A DNA stretch of 64,000 bases, from assembly GCA_963697165.1 (NCBI GenBank), contig CAVOMX010000017.1:1-64000 (forward strand). The letters are read 5' to 3'. This document shows, in pieces, positions 10,601 through 20,575 of the stretch. The position numbers were made by a program, and so were the translations under genes. Below the pieces are notes generated by a model. The model had not been told where the DNA came from. It saw nothing but the letters and a program-made list of their open reading frames with translations, and did not search any database. Source of the DNA: Candidatus Bathyarchaeota archaeon (GTDB lineage: Archaea > Thermoproteota > Bathyarchaeia > Bathyarchaeales > Bathyarchaeaceae). Position 1 is the first letter of the stretch. Each line of letters starts with the position of its first letter.

Positions 10601-12248
10601 AAAACAACCAGTTCAAATCTCAAAGATTATTGAAGTAATTCCACAAGGATTTGAATTGATTAAAAAACCCGAGTATAGTCAGTTTGAGGATTCTTCAATA
10701 AATATGAAGAATAAACGACTTGATCCAATGATGACCGAAGAGATACACCTAGTGTTAAGATCACCAAATAAAGGATCCTTTGAGATAAAACCGGAAATAA
10801 CTTACATAAACGAAAATGGAAATCAACTATTATATCAAACAGAACCAACTATAATCGAAATTTCAGAAGTTTCTGTTTTAAATCGTGTTCCTACAGGATA
10901 TGACGAATTAGATAAACTTCTCTTTGGCGGAATACCTGAAACGTATCCTGTTGTTTTGACTGCACCATTTTGTGAAGAGAGAGATCTTTTAATAAAACGA
11001 TTTCTAAAAGCAGGAATTGATAAAGATGAAACCATATTTTATTTTACAGTTAAACAAAACGAATTATTAAAACTTGCACAAGACCCTCAATCAAATGTGA
11101 ACATATTTTTATTCAATCCTTTCCACGATAAAACACTAAAAGAATCTCCCAACATTTTCAGACTAAAGGGCATTGAAAAGTTAACCGATATAAGTATTGC
11201 TTTAACAAAGGCACTTCGTCAAAAAGAAAACCCCAATCACAAAGGTAAACGAGCCTGCATCGAAATTATATCAGATGTTTTGTTGCAGCATAATGCTGTC
11301 ACAACTCGAAGGTGGTTAACCGGTCTGATAAACGAATTAAAGAATCAGAGTTTTACGACTTTGGCTGTTATGAATCCATTAATGCATTCTCCTCAGGACG
11401 TACATGCAATACTTGGTCTTTTTGATGGAGAAATTGCCTTAGAGGAACGAAAAACTTCTAGAGGGTCACAAAAAATTTTAAAAATAAACCGAATGGTTAG
11501 TCAAAAATATCTTCTAACTGAGCTACCAATTAAAAAAGAAAAACTAGCCTTTACATCCACAACAACCGAAAGCACTACAAATTATGTCTCAACAGGATCT
11601 GAAGAGCTAGATAAATTATTGATAGGAGGAATACCTCAAACTTATCCTGTTATACTGACAGCTCCATTTTGTGATGAAAGAGATCTACTAATTAAACAAT
11701 TTATTGAAGGGGGGCTAAAAGAGGGAGACACAGTCTTCTATATGTGTACAGAAATAAGTGGTTTAGAAACTCAAATTAACGAATTTAAATCAGAGTTTTA
11801 TCTGTTTATTTGCAACCCCCAAGCTGACATGTTTATCAAAGATTCGACCAATGTTTTCAAATTAAAGAATGGCGTAATGAGTTTAACTGACATTAATATT
11901 GCATTATCACGGATTATTCAGAAAATAGTGGAATCGACAAGTGGTCCACGAAGAATATGTATTAATTTAGTTTCAGATGTCTTACTCCAGCATCATGCGA
12001 TAATTACAAAAAACTGGTTAACTGGACTAATTGCTGAATTGAGGAGTCAGAATTTTACGACTTTGGTTGTTATGAATCCATTAATGCATTCACCCCAAGA
12101 AGTACAGGCGATACTTGGTCTTTTTGATGGAGAAATTGCCTTGGAGGAACGAAAAACTTCTAGAGGGTCACAAAAAACTCTAAAAATAAATCGAATGTAT
12201 AATCAAAAATATCTTATCAATGAACTACCAATAAAAAAGGAAAAATGA
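7614..12248 (+). CDS. Large TPR-like helical protein with Ig-like domain and two C-terminal degenerate KaiC/RecA-like domains
   Basis: ~950 aa of A/E/K/Y-rich helical repeats, then a beta-rich segment (LEINIVNIGK...IKPEITY). Two (V)PTG..ELDKLL.GGIP domains follow, with Walker A replaced by APFC(E/D)ERD. Confidence 0.8.
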   Translation: MASWDFDSILKKAKEQEEKYGWLYAAWSYEHALRSNPEDKFFIAETMQQIGFCYNLAARQSENQEEFKKLQSLAAETYEEAGKNFEKIQNKKNKGKREYCIAFANYLKYRLDSTYDNKTKSLEDCYSLAKTALDHFQNNGYKVYIGMTLNLILECIWEQLRIAPTEEDKHALTQEALQYCSEAISVLIKVGDPHELLDAYYLSSLHHWYAANISDREEACNTLAQISLEYAEKALTISKELENPYSKANSLFAATLTNLFFTDKTKNTLNYAQKMFEQGTIVHDNYLKGVSSYLLALATDDLVPIESNPDEKKKHCEAIIQYAEEGIKYLQIINQNAYLSDTYMVYTQSYSTLAREFATNPIEKLEFSKKAIEIGRKGLEHAINSSSPDAMGESYHALSKALQYHSMLVYTNSEKTRILQESLENRNQYIKIIETALPSNYWILGLGKIYAAQIKTELADLVNDAAEKILLLKEAASYLEEGLIFCEKWITHRSETTLIATTAIFKNLFGKLLENLHHLVQDETYLRKANVVFEDAAKKFERINSPNRVAETYWRIARNQDLLRERQSSASNFAKASKKYEETAQQMPAFSDFFFDYSLYMKAWSEIEKAKDAHDLRQNALAMKHYKKAAEILEQSKGWEFLSSNFLAWAYLERAEFQSRKEKSEKALESFEKANKLFRESKNSLQVFMGHMENREESYVINKLIEVSDLRGAYCFGRIAIEEARVFEKQGNSIAGAEKYGFAAETFQSIISGGSEQIQKELQPIIYLCKAWQKMRIAETKSSSKIYGEAAELFKQACEHAIDQSMGILALAHSNFCKALEAGTDFEISRDIKKYAEAKKYLEIAASNYLKTGFKQAAEYANGTQRLFDAYVYIENAKMELDPEKKTKYYSIAEKVLQYSALSYSNAQHPEKTIQVSQLLENVKEEKELAVVLTEILQAPSIISSTENFVTPTPYEENAVGLENFEGANIQATISQTQQAKSDEDFILEINIVNIGKQPVQISKIIEVIPQGFELIKKPEYSQFEDSSINMKNKRLDPMMTEEIHLVLRSPNKGSFEIKPEITYINENGNQLLYQTEPTIIEISEVSVLNRVPTGYDELDKLLFGGIPETYPVVLTAPFCEERDLLIKRFLKAGIDKDETIFYFTVKQNELLKLAQDPQSNVNIFLFNPFHDKTLKESPNIFRLKGIEKLTDISIALTKALRQKENPNHKGKRACIEIISDVLLQHNAVTTRRWLTGLINELKNQSFTTLAVMNPLMHSPQDVHAILGLFDGEIALEERKTSRGSQKILKINRMVSQKYLLTELPIKKEKLAFTSTTTESTTNYVSTGSEELDKLLIGGIPQTYPVILTAPFCDERDLLIKQFIEGGLKEGDTVFYMCTEISGLETQINEFKSEFYLFICNPQADMFIKDSTNVFKLKNGVMSLTDINIALSRIIQKIVESTSGPRRICINLVSDVLLQHHAIITKNWLTGLIAELRSQNFTTLVVMNPLMHSPQEVQAILGLFDGEIALEERKTSRGSQKTLKINRMYNQKYLINELPIKKEK

Positions 12249-12319
12249 AAAAAACTTACCCAGTAATTAAAAAGTAAAGATGGTAAGATTATTTATTTTT
12301 CAAGTTTACTCATTAGATT

Positions 12320-13072
12320 TTATGGTCCAAACAATGTAACATCTGGGAAAATTTCTATTCCAGTTCTATCAATTGTATAGGGTACCAAGTTTGAATTAGT
12401 TTTAGTTCCTCTCATTTTTACTACCTGTAATGCCCTTGAAGTTGCTCCTGAAGAAAATAGTGTCTGCATCAAAATTACTCCATGTGCTTGGTATTCTTCG
12501 ACTGATACTTCACGATCTAAAGTAAGTCGCTGCAATTCAGTTGTTATCAGTGTAGTAACTTTTAATTCTGCTAAAGATTCAATTAAATCTACAATTGCCA
12601 CTCTTCGTTCGATAGGATCAGGAAATCTGTGGAAAAGTGTTGCAAGTGTATCAATTACAACTCTTTTCGCATCTATTTCATCTATTATATTTTCGATTTT
12701 TTCAACTAGTTTATCGATCTGAAGTTGTTTACCCCTTAAGCTTTGGGCTTCTAAATTCATTCTCTCCCTAAGCATAGCTGCCCTTGACATTTTGGTTGCA
12801 TCCAAAAAGGCAAACTTTCCATCTTTTTCTGCTTGTGAAAAATCCCACCCAAAATTCTCCATTTCAGCATAATAATGTTCTTTTTCTTCATCTATACTGA
12901 CAAAGATTCCATTTTCGTTGTAATCGGAAATTCCCTTATATAAAAATTGAGAAGCAAGAGTAGTCTTTCCAGAGCCGGGTCCTCCAACAACTAAAACAAC
13001 TCTTCGCTCTGGGATTCCTCCATTTAGTAATTCATCTAAACCCTGAACTCCTGTTAGCACTAGTTTAGTCAA
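12320..13072 (-). CDS. KaiC/RAD55-like single-domain ATPase
   Basis: Contains TGVQGLDELLNGGIP, intact Walker A GGPGSGKT, Walker B VVIDT and VKMRG. The TTG start at 13072 has an AGGTG SD; the ORF track extends to 13135. Confidence 0.9.
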   Translation of the reverse strand: MTKLVLTGVQGLDELLNGGIPERRVVLVVGGPGSGKTTLASQFLYKGISDYNENGIFVSIDEEKEHYYAEMENFGWDFSQAEKDGKFAFLDATKMSRAAMLRERMNLEAQSLRGKQLQIDKLVEKIENIIDEIDAKRVVIDTLATLFHRFPDPIERRVAIVDLIESLAELKVTTLITTELQRLTLDREVSVEEYQAHGVILMQTLFSSGATSRALQVVKMRGTKTNSNLVPYTIDRTGIEIFPDVTLFGP

Positions 13073-13308
13073 AGTAAAGCACCTTGTCAATGTAAGGAAA
13101 ATTGTATGGCTATTTAAAAATTGTGTGTCTTCCAAATTCCAATTAATTAAAATAATAAAGAAACAAAAAAATCCGATTAACTGTTTGTTTTTGATTTCAT
13201 AAAAATATAGAAATCCTTGTAAATGGAATTAGCAAACCTTGTATTAATAGACCAGAGTTAAGGGCTCGAACCAAAACTTGTTGATACTTACATTTTTGAA
13301 AAAAGTAT

Positions 13309-14304
13309 TTAATTCACTCTTCCACACGCCACTAAGTGTCCATTACCTTTATCAATTAATTTTTGAGGCTTTTCCATGCATTTATGTTCTTTTGCGTAGA
13401 TGCATCTTGGTTCAAATCTGCAACCTTTGGGAGGATTTATTGGACTCGGAACTTCTCCAGTTAATTCGATTCTATCTTTTTTGGCCACTTTTGGGTCTGG
13501 AATCGGAATTGCAGAAATTAATGCTTTTGTGTATGGGTGAAGCGGAGAATCAAAGAGCTCGTCTGTATCCGCGATTTCAACAAACTTTCCCAAATACATA
13601 ACAGCAACTCGACTGCAAATATGTCGGACCGTGCTCAAGTCATGGGAAATATACAAGTAAGTAATTCCCAATTTACGTTGTAAATCTCGTAGCAGGTTTA
13701 GGATTTGAGCTCGAACAGAGACGTCTAGGGACGCTACAGGTTCATCTGCAATAAGCAATCGGGGTTCCACCGCTAGTGCTCGAGCTATGCAAATCCTCTG
13801 TCTCTGTCCACCACTAAATTCGTGCGGATATCTCTCTGCATGATAGTCTTCTAAACCCACTAATCTTAATAATTCGTAGAGTCTTTCATGCCATTTATTT
13901 TTGGGAACATGTTTATGAATCATAAGTGGTTCCATGATTATGTCAGCTACGGTCATTCTTGGATCGAGCGAAGCGTAAGGATTCTGAAAGACGTACTGCA
14001 TTTTACGCCTTAATTTCAAAATTTCATTCTTATTCTTTGATTTGAAGACATTACCGATCTCTTCGTTATCAATATGGATGTGACCCGAGGTTGGAGGATC
14101 TAAATACAATATTGCTCTAGCGGTAGAGGTTTTTCCGCATCCGCTTTCTCCGACTAAACCAAAAGTTGTTCCCTTATCTACTGAAAAACTTAATTCGTCA
14201 ACCGCATGAATAACTCCAACTTGTTTTTTGAAAAGAATTCCTCTGGAATATATTGGAAAGTGTTTTACCAGGTTTTTAACTTCTAAAAATGGGTGGTCAC
14301 TCAT
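13309..14304 (-). CDS. oppF: Oligopeptide/dipeptide ABC transporter ATPase
   Basis: Contains GESGCGKT, FSGGQRQR, DEPV, HPYT and a C-terminal Cys-containing oligo_HPY domain. Confidence 0.92.
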   Translation of the reverse strand: MSDHPFLEVKNLVKHFPIYSRGILFKKQVGVIHAVDELSFSVDKGTTFGLVGESGCGKTSTARAILYLDPPTSGHIHIDNEEIGNVFKSKNKNEILKLRRKMQYVFQNPYASLDPRMTVADIIMEPLMIHKHVPKNKWHERLYELLRLVGLEDYHAERYPHEFSGGQRQRICIARALAVEPRLLIADEPVASLDVSVRAQILNLLRDLQRKLGITYLYISHDLSTVRHICSRVAVMYLGKFVEIADTDELFDSPLHPYTKALISAIPIPDPKVAKKDRIELTGEVPSPINPPKGCRFEPRCIYAKEHKCMEKPQKLIDKGNGHLVACGRVN

Positions 14305-15309
14305 TTGTTTCAGCTCCCAAAGGAGATTCTAAATCAATTTCCAATTTACGATGACAAGCTACATAATGTTCAGATTCAACTTCTTCCAACAATGGAATTT
14401 CTTGTGAACATATCGCTTTAGCATATTCACAACGAGGATGAAATCTGCATCCTGAAGGTGGCTCTACAAGGTTTGGAATATTTCCTTGTATTACTGCAAG
14501 TTTTTCTTTTCTTAAAGCTAAACTTGGGACCGCTGTTAGAAGAGCATTCGTATATGGATGACAAGGTCGATAGAAAATTGTCTTGGTGTCTGCAGTTTCG
14601 CATACTCTTCCAGCATATAGAACAGTTATTCTATCAGCTACTCCAGCTACGATACCCATATCATGGGTAATTAAGATCATTGACATGCCTAACTTTTGCT
14701 TTCAAGTTCTTCATTAATTGAAGAATTTGAGCTTGAATTGTAACATCAAGATTAGTCGTAGGCTCATCAGCCAAAAGGAGGTTTGGCTTACATGCTAATG
14801 CTCTCGCAACTGCTATACGTTGTTTCATTCCTCCGCTCAACTGGTGTGGAAAATTCCATATTTTTATTTCTGGATCTGGTATCTCAACTAATTTAAATAA
14901 TTCAATTGCTTTTTCCAAAGCCTCTTTTTTAGTGACATTTTGATGACGTTTTATTACTTCAGTCAACTGGTCAGCAATGCTAAGGACTGGATTCAGAGAA
15001 GTTGCCGGATCCTGAAATATATAACCAATTTCTTTCCCTCGAATCTTCTGGAGGTCATTTTCAGTTTTATCAGCTAAGATTTTCTCCTTTGTAAATAATT
15101 TTTCCAGAGATTATTTTACCCGGTTTAGGGACTATTCCTAGGATTGACAATGCAGTCACAGATTTTCCAGAACCTGATTCGCCTACTAGACCAAGTGTCT
15201 CTCCCTCTCTAACCTCTAGACTGACTCCATCCACAGCTTTCACTAGACCTGCAAAAGTGTCAAAATATGTTTTTAGATTTTCAATTTTCAATATTTCTTT
15301 TGATGCCAT
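14297..15309 (-). CDS. oppD: Oligopeptide/dipeptide ABC transporter ATPase, split by two +1 frameshifts (~15075, ~14695)
   Basis: Three consecutive frames give [21 protein letters not shown] and ITHDMG/HPYT; removing one base at each junction restores one ORF. Confidence 0.85.
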
Positions 15310-15328
15310 TAACTTCTGTTCCACCAGT

Positions 15329-16262
15329 TTACTCTCTAAGACGTGGATCAAGAGCGTCTCTCAAGTCCATTTCCGAGCAGATTAAATCCAAGAACCAATA
15401 ACGTGATGAACAATCCTGGGAAAACTCCCTCCCACCAGGCTTCTTTCACAGCTTCATTTGCTTTCTGAAGTAGTTGCCCCCATGTTATGGAATTTGCATC
15501 GCCAAAACCTAGAAAGCTTACAGCAGCCTCTATTAATATTGCATTTGCAATCATTAGTGTTGTTAGAACAATTATTATATGTAGGACATTTGGAAAAATG
15601 TGTCTGAATATAATTCTTCTTTTAGTTGCTCCTAATGATTTGGAAGCTTCGATGAATTCACTTTCTTTTACGCGCAATACTTCTCCTCGAATGATTCTTG
15701 CATTTCCTGCCCAGGAAAAGATCCCTATCATAAAAGTAACTATCGATAAACCTCCAACACCCGAAGGAGCTATAGCAGTAATTACTTTTAAGAAAACAAG
15801 CAAAATTAGAAGAAAAGGAATTACTAGAAAGATTTCTGTTATTCTCATCAAAACATTATCCAAAATTCCACCGTAATAACCAGAGACAAGTCCTACCAAT
15901 ACTGCTAATGACATCGCAATGACAGCTGCTCCAATTCCAACATAAAGTGCCGATCGAGCACCATAAACTACTTGACTGAAAACATCATGACCCACATAAT
16001 CAGTTCCAAATAAATATTTTAGAGACGGAGGAACTCTAGCTTCTCCAACATAAAATCCTGGTGTAGCGTTTGGAGGAAATGGAGCAATCAATGCATCAAA
16101 AACGGCAAAGAACAGCACAAAACCTATTATAAATGTACCCGCTAGGGCAGTTTTGTTTTTCGAAAATCTTCTCCAAGCTATATTCCATTGACTTACCCCT
16201 TTAGAGATTTTTTTTTCATTCACCTTCTTATGTCCCCGTTTAGTAAACCTTTTTTCGGTCAT
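15329..16262 (-). CDS. oppC: Peptide ABC transporter permease (frameshift near 3' end)
   Basis: Contains LFGTD, the EAA loop and SFLGFG. Removing one base at ~15362 restores the canonical [12 protein letters not shown] ending. Confidence 0.9.
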
Positions 16263-16284
16263 TTACCAAGTCCTCAAGGTTTTT

Positions 16285-17265
16285 TTATTCAAGTCTAATT
16301 CTAGGATCTATGTAACCATAAGTTAAATCAGTAACCAAATTAGCTATAAGAGTCATTATTGTGATAAACACAGTAATACCCATTATTACTGGAAAATCTA
16401 ATTTTGTTGTGGCCTCAACGAAAAGACGACCTACTCCAGGCCAATTAAAGACTTTCTCAGTTATTGGAGCACCGGCGAGCATCGCACCAAAATATAATCC
16501 CACATAAGTTACTACTGGTATTAGTGCGTTTCTTAATGCGTGTTTATAGATTACACTCCTTTCACTAAGTCCACTAGCTCTTGCAGCCAATATGTAGTCC
16601 TGTCGCAAAACTTCAAGCATACTTGATCGAACTAGCAGAACTACAGGAGCAATAATTGCAAAAGTTAGTACCGCTGTAGGCAAAACCATATGCCACAAGT
16701 TATCTAGTATAGCGCTTCCAAAGGGATAACGTTCTATTAGAATTGAGTACGCACCTCCTGGCGGAAACCATCCTAGAAAAAATGAAAAAATGATGATTGC
16801 AATGATTCCCATATAGAAAACCGGTATGCATGTACCAACTAATGAGGTGGTAGTTACGGTTACATCCAATTTTGAGTATTGTTTTTTGGCTGATATTATT
16901 CCCACAGGAATTGCGATCAGGAGTGATAATACAAGAGCGGCAAGTTGGAGTTGGAACGTTAACCAAGCATAATCTCCGAGCAATGATGTTACTGCAATTC
17001 CTCCTCTAATTGCATAAGAATTCCCAAGGTTACCTTGAAATAATTGGCCAAGAAATAGGAAAAATTGATAATACAACGGTTTATCAAGACCATAATATTC
17101 TCTTAAATTTTCTTTAGCCTCAGCTGTGATACGGGGATTTTGAGTAGTCATAAGTTGAACTGGGTCTCCAGCAATACGTGATGCAACAAAAACTATAATT
17201 AGGATACCAAAAAAAAGCGGTACGAGATAGATCAATCTTCGGATTACATATCGAATCATAGACAA
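16285..17265 (-). CDS. oppB: Peptide ABC transporter permease
   Basis: Contains GLDKPL, DYILAARASG, HALRNA, E.VFNWPGVG and DPRIR. Confidence 0.92.
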   Translation of the reverse strand: MSMIRYVIRRLIYLVPLFFGILIIVFVASRIAGDPVQLMTTQNPRITAEAKENLREYYGLDKPLYYQFFLFLGQLFQGNLGNSYAIRGGIAVTSLLGDYAWLTFQLQLAALVLSLLIAIPVGIISAKKQYSKLDVTVTTTSLVGTCIPVFYMGIIAIIIFSFFLGWFPPGGAYSILIERYPFGSAILDNLWHMVLPTAVLTFAIIAPVVLLVRSSMLEVLRQDYILAARASGLSERSVIYKHALRNALIPVVTYVGLYFGAMLAGAPITEKVFNWPGVGRLFVEATTKLDFPVIMGITVFITIMTLIANLVTDLTYGYIDPRIRLE

Positions 17266-17400
17266 ATTGTGTCACAAATCCAAACTTACTTTCTGAACTC
17301 AATTAATATATAAATATTCTTGAAAGATTCAATAAATCATCATTCAAGAATAAATTGCTTTAGAATTCCGAAAAACGTTTTTTATAGCACTTAATTTTTG

Positions 17401-17424
17401 TAATATTGAACATAATATTGAACA
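17401..17424. promoter_or_regulatory. 12-bp perfect tandem repeat (TAATATTGAACA x2) in the divergent opp promoter
   Basis: Seen directly, just upstream of TATA-like TTATAAA (~17436) preceding the binding-protein gene. Confidence 0.55.
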
Positions 17425-17480
17425 ATAGGCAAAAGTTATAAATCAAATATACTCAAATTAAGATCTAGGGAGATTAAATT

Positions 17481-19361
17481 TTGACAAAACAAAAATTCAA
17501 AATAACTACACTATGCGCAATATTAATACTTAGTACTTTCATAGTTGCTGCAAATTCTTTAGTACAAGGTCAACAGAATTTATTTCAAGTTACATTAACC
17601 GTTCCATCAACGAATCCATCAAGACAAGCTTGGGCCGAAATTGTACAATCCAATATGCTTGCAGCTGGAATCGACACAAGCAGAGTAATACAAGATTGGG
17701 GAACAATCTATGACAGAGCACTTGATCCGCCTCCAGAAGTAGCCGGTAAGATATTTGATGACGGTGGTTTTGACATGCTGTTTGTGGGCTATGCTATGGA
17801 CATAGATCCTGATCCATTTTCGTTGTATCATAGTAGCCAACTCCCACCTGGACAAAACTACTACAATTGGGTAAATGAAGAAAATGATAGACTATGCAAA
17901 TTAATCAAGGAAACCGTCGACGAAGACTTACTGCTCCAATACATTAAGGAGTGGCAAAAGTTGGGATACGAGGAACAACCCTCAATTACTATTAAATACG
18001 ATCAGGAGGCAGTTTGCTTTGATCCAACGGCTCTTGTGGGAGACATATTCGAGATTGTGCATTATCCTGCTTGGCCTAGAGTTCATGAATGGAAATTAAA
18101 TCCTTCAACAACCCAAAACACAATTGTCTACGCTCAAACGGGGCCAGCACCCGAAGAAGGTTTGAATCCCTACTGTTCCACTTCGTACTATGACTTTACT
18201 GTATTCGGTGCAGTTTTCGAATGTTTGACTAAAAGACAAAATCTTGAGACTTTAGAATTAATTCCTGCATTAGCTACAAGTTGGAATGTTGCAGACGATG
18301 ACAAGACTTGGACTGTTAACTTGAGACAAGGTGTTAAGTGGCATGATGGTGTCGAATTTACCGCTGAAGACGTGAAGTTTACATTCACTGCCGCTATGGC
18401 AGATGATTTAGCCTCCCAACAGGGCGGTTTTGTAAAAGACATCATTGGTTCACCGGAAAACATCGAGATAGTAGATGATTATACTTTGAAATTCCATCTT
18501 CCTGCACCTTATGGTTTCTTTGCTTCAAGTTTACTCTCGGAAGGAACAACTGGCTGGATACTGCCCAAACATGTTCTGGAAAATGTACCATACGATGACT
18601 GGAGAAGTCACTCATTCAACACAGGCGAAGGTTCTTACACCTCTAATGGACAGACCTTCAGTGGTCCAATAGGCACTGGACCTTATAAATACGACAGTTA
18701 TAATCCAACCACTTTCACAAACACTATGAATAGAAATGACGAATACTGGGACGCTCAGAGACTAATGGATGCAGGAACGTTCGGAATCGAGAAGTATGTT
18801 GTTGTCTTTATAGAAGGTTCTGACACCGCTATCACCGCTCTAAAGACAGGCGAAGTAGACTTTCTTGATGCCCAATATAGTCTTCAAGCAAAGTTGGGGA
18901 GCATTGAAGAACCTTGGGGAGATTGGGTAGCTTATGACGCATTCGGCTTACAAGAATTGGGCTTTAACATGAATCACCCAGTTTTCGGTACTGGTGTTGA
19001 CACACCCCTAGGCAAGGAACATCCCTCAAGAGCAGCAGAAGCAGCGCGCTACGTGCGACAAGCCATTAGCCATCTGGTTCCTAGACAAAACATTATAGAC
19101 ACAATCCTTGCTGGATACGGTACCCCAGGTGTAACAACTCCTGTCACAACATTAACCTTTGGATACGACTCAAGTCTGAAGCCCTACTCTTACGATGTTA
19201 ACTTAGCCAAGTCTTTGCTGGCAGCAGCTGGCTATGATACTGGAGTTCCGCCGCCATCAAAAGGTTTCCTTGAAGAATATGGTCTTTACGTGGGAGTAGC
19301 CGTTGTAGCTGTTGTAGTCGCAGTGGGAGCCGTGTACTTCATTAGAAGACGCCAAAGCTAA
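17481..19361 (+). CDS. oppA: Family 5 extracellular solute-binding protein with C-terminal TM anchor
   Basis: Signal peptide, LRQGVKWHDG.EFTAEDVKFT, IGTGPYK, and a hydrophobic C-terminal helix followed by RRR. Confidence 0.9.
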   Translation: MTKQKFKITTLCAILILSTFIVAANSLVQGQQNLFQVTLTVPSTNPSRQAWAEIVQSNMLAAGIDTSRVIQDWGTIYDRALDPPPEVAGKIFDDGGFDMLFVGYAMDIDPDPFSLYHSSQLPPGQNYYNWVNEENDRLCKLIKETVDEDLLLQYIKEWQKLGYEEQPSITIKYDQEAVCFDPTALVGDIFEIVHYPAWPRVHEWKLNPSTTQNTIVYAQTGPAPEEGLNPYCSTSYYDFTVFGAVFECLTKRQNLETLELIPALATSWNVADDDKTWTVNLRQGVKWHDGVEFTAEDVKFTFTAAMADDLASQQGGFVKDIIGSPENIEIVDDYTLKFHLPAPYGFFASSLLSEGTTGWILPKHVLENVPYDDWRSHSFNTGEGSYTSNGQTFSGPIGTGPYKYDSYNPTTFTNTMNRNDEYWDAQRLMDAGTFGIEKYVVVFIEGSDTAITALKTGEVDFLDAQYSLQAKLGSIEEPWGDWVAYDAFGLQELGFNMNHPVFGTGVDTPLGKEHPSRAAEAARYVRQAISHLVPRQNIIDTILAGYGTPGVTTPVTTLTFGYDSSLKPYSYDVNLAKSLLAAAGYDTGVPPPSKGFLEEYGLYVGVAVVAVVVAVGAVYFIRRRQS

Positions 19362-19529
19362 AATGCTCCATTTCCCTTTTCTTTTTTTATGTTCAAAGAT
19401 AATTACTAAATAATTCTTTATAGAAAAAAGAAAATTTTGATTTGTAATTCTTGTCTATTTTCACAGATAAGGCCTTTCTGAAATTAAGCTATCAAAAAAT
19501 ACATGCGCTTAAAAACTGACAAATGTTTA

Positions 19530-20396
19530 CTACAAAAGTGACAAAGTTATCAAAGGAATCAAACCAAGTACCACCGTAATAGGAAGCCCAGGAAATATGC
19601 CTCGCCGTAAAGTCATTACATATGATAACAAAGTACCAATTAAAATCATAAGTAATGAAAAAACACCTGTTAGAATCCCAAAATTTGCTGAAGTGTTTGA
19701 CACAATTATTGAATAGCACGTCAAATCGCCTATTCCTATACCCCAATTCTTGTCTGAGAAAGCTATTTCGACAATCAACTTGTCATATGCGGCTACTCCC
19801 AAGATTTTTTCCACACTTTTTTTCTTAATCAAAATGAGATCTGCAAACGAAAAAAACAAAGAAATTCCAATAATTGGAATGGTTGGGACCAAAATGCCTA
19901 CGAAAGAACCGAGAGCGCCGCTACAAATCACAAATAGTAGATTTTTCATCCTTTCAGACAGTGCTTCAACTAGAACCAGATATGCAAAATATGCACCAAT
20001 ATATGTCACGAATCCCACAATTATCAGAATTATAGGGGATTCCAGAGATAGAGAATTAAAAATCAGTTTTGCAAAGAGTAATGTCGAAAGAATTCCACTC
20101 AATATAAATGTTGCAACCAAGATTTTTATTGCAAATTCTTGCCTCTTTCTGAATAAACGAAAAAATAGAAATAAACTCGTTATTGAGATCAAAATAATAA
20201 CAAAAATATTTAGTGTCGCAAAAAATTCGTCTACTCCAAGAAACAATGATGTTGAATTGCCTCCCTCAAATTGTAAGACTAACACAAAATATGAAAGAAT
20301 TATTGAAATTGTTATTGTAAATAAAATCGGCAGCATGAAATGTAGTTTATTTGTCTTGGTTGCCAAACGGGATTCAAAAAAATTAATTCTTGTCAT
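19530..20396 (-). CDS. Presenilin/signal-peptide-peptidase-like intramembrane aspartyl protease
   Basis: Multi-TM protein with a first Asp in FADL, GxGD as GIGIGD, and a PAL-like PGLP near the C-terminus. Confidence 0.75.
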   Translation of the reverse strand: MTRINFFESRLATKTNKLHFMLPILFTITISIILSYFVLVLQFEGGNSTSLFLGVDEFFATLNIFVIILISITSLFLFFRLFRKRQEFAIKILVATFILSGILSTLLFAKLIFNSLSLESPIILIIVGFVTYIGAYFAYLVLVEALSERMKNLLFVICSGALGSFVGILVPTIPIIGISLFFSFADLILIKKKSVEKILGVAAYDKLIVEIAFSDKNWGIGIGDLTCYSIIVSNTSANFGILTGVFSLLMILIGTLLSYVMTLRRGIFPGLPITVVLGLIPLITLSLL

Positions 20397-20575
20397 GATG
20401 ATGAATCCTAAACTTGTGTTTCCGGAATAACATCATTAAGTTTTCTCCGAATATAAGATGAGCAATAAATTAGATAAAAAAGATAGCCTTAACAATTCTT
20501 AAAATTCTATAAATTATTAGATCCAAATTGGTTGATAAATAAACTACATTTTATTTAATATGTGTTATGAGATAT

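Noticed and set aside
7614..13072. Circadian KaiABC clock
   Set aside because: No kaiA or kaiB in the window, the double-domain protein has lost its Walker motifs, and the active ATPase is single-domain.
14661..15100. Programmed ribosomal frameshifting in oppD and the other split genes
   Set aside because: No shared slippery sequence, and many unrelated genes are affected; sequencing error is simpler.
19750..20430. 226-aa plus-strand ORF (and similar ORFs such as 41308-41862, 15487-15876, 44626-45087)
   Set aside because: These are antisense shadows of hydrophobic membrane-protein genes and have no recognisable motifs.
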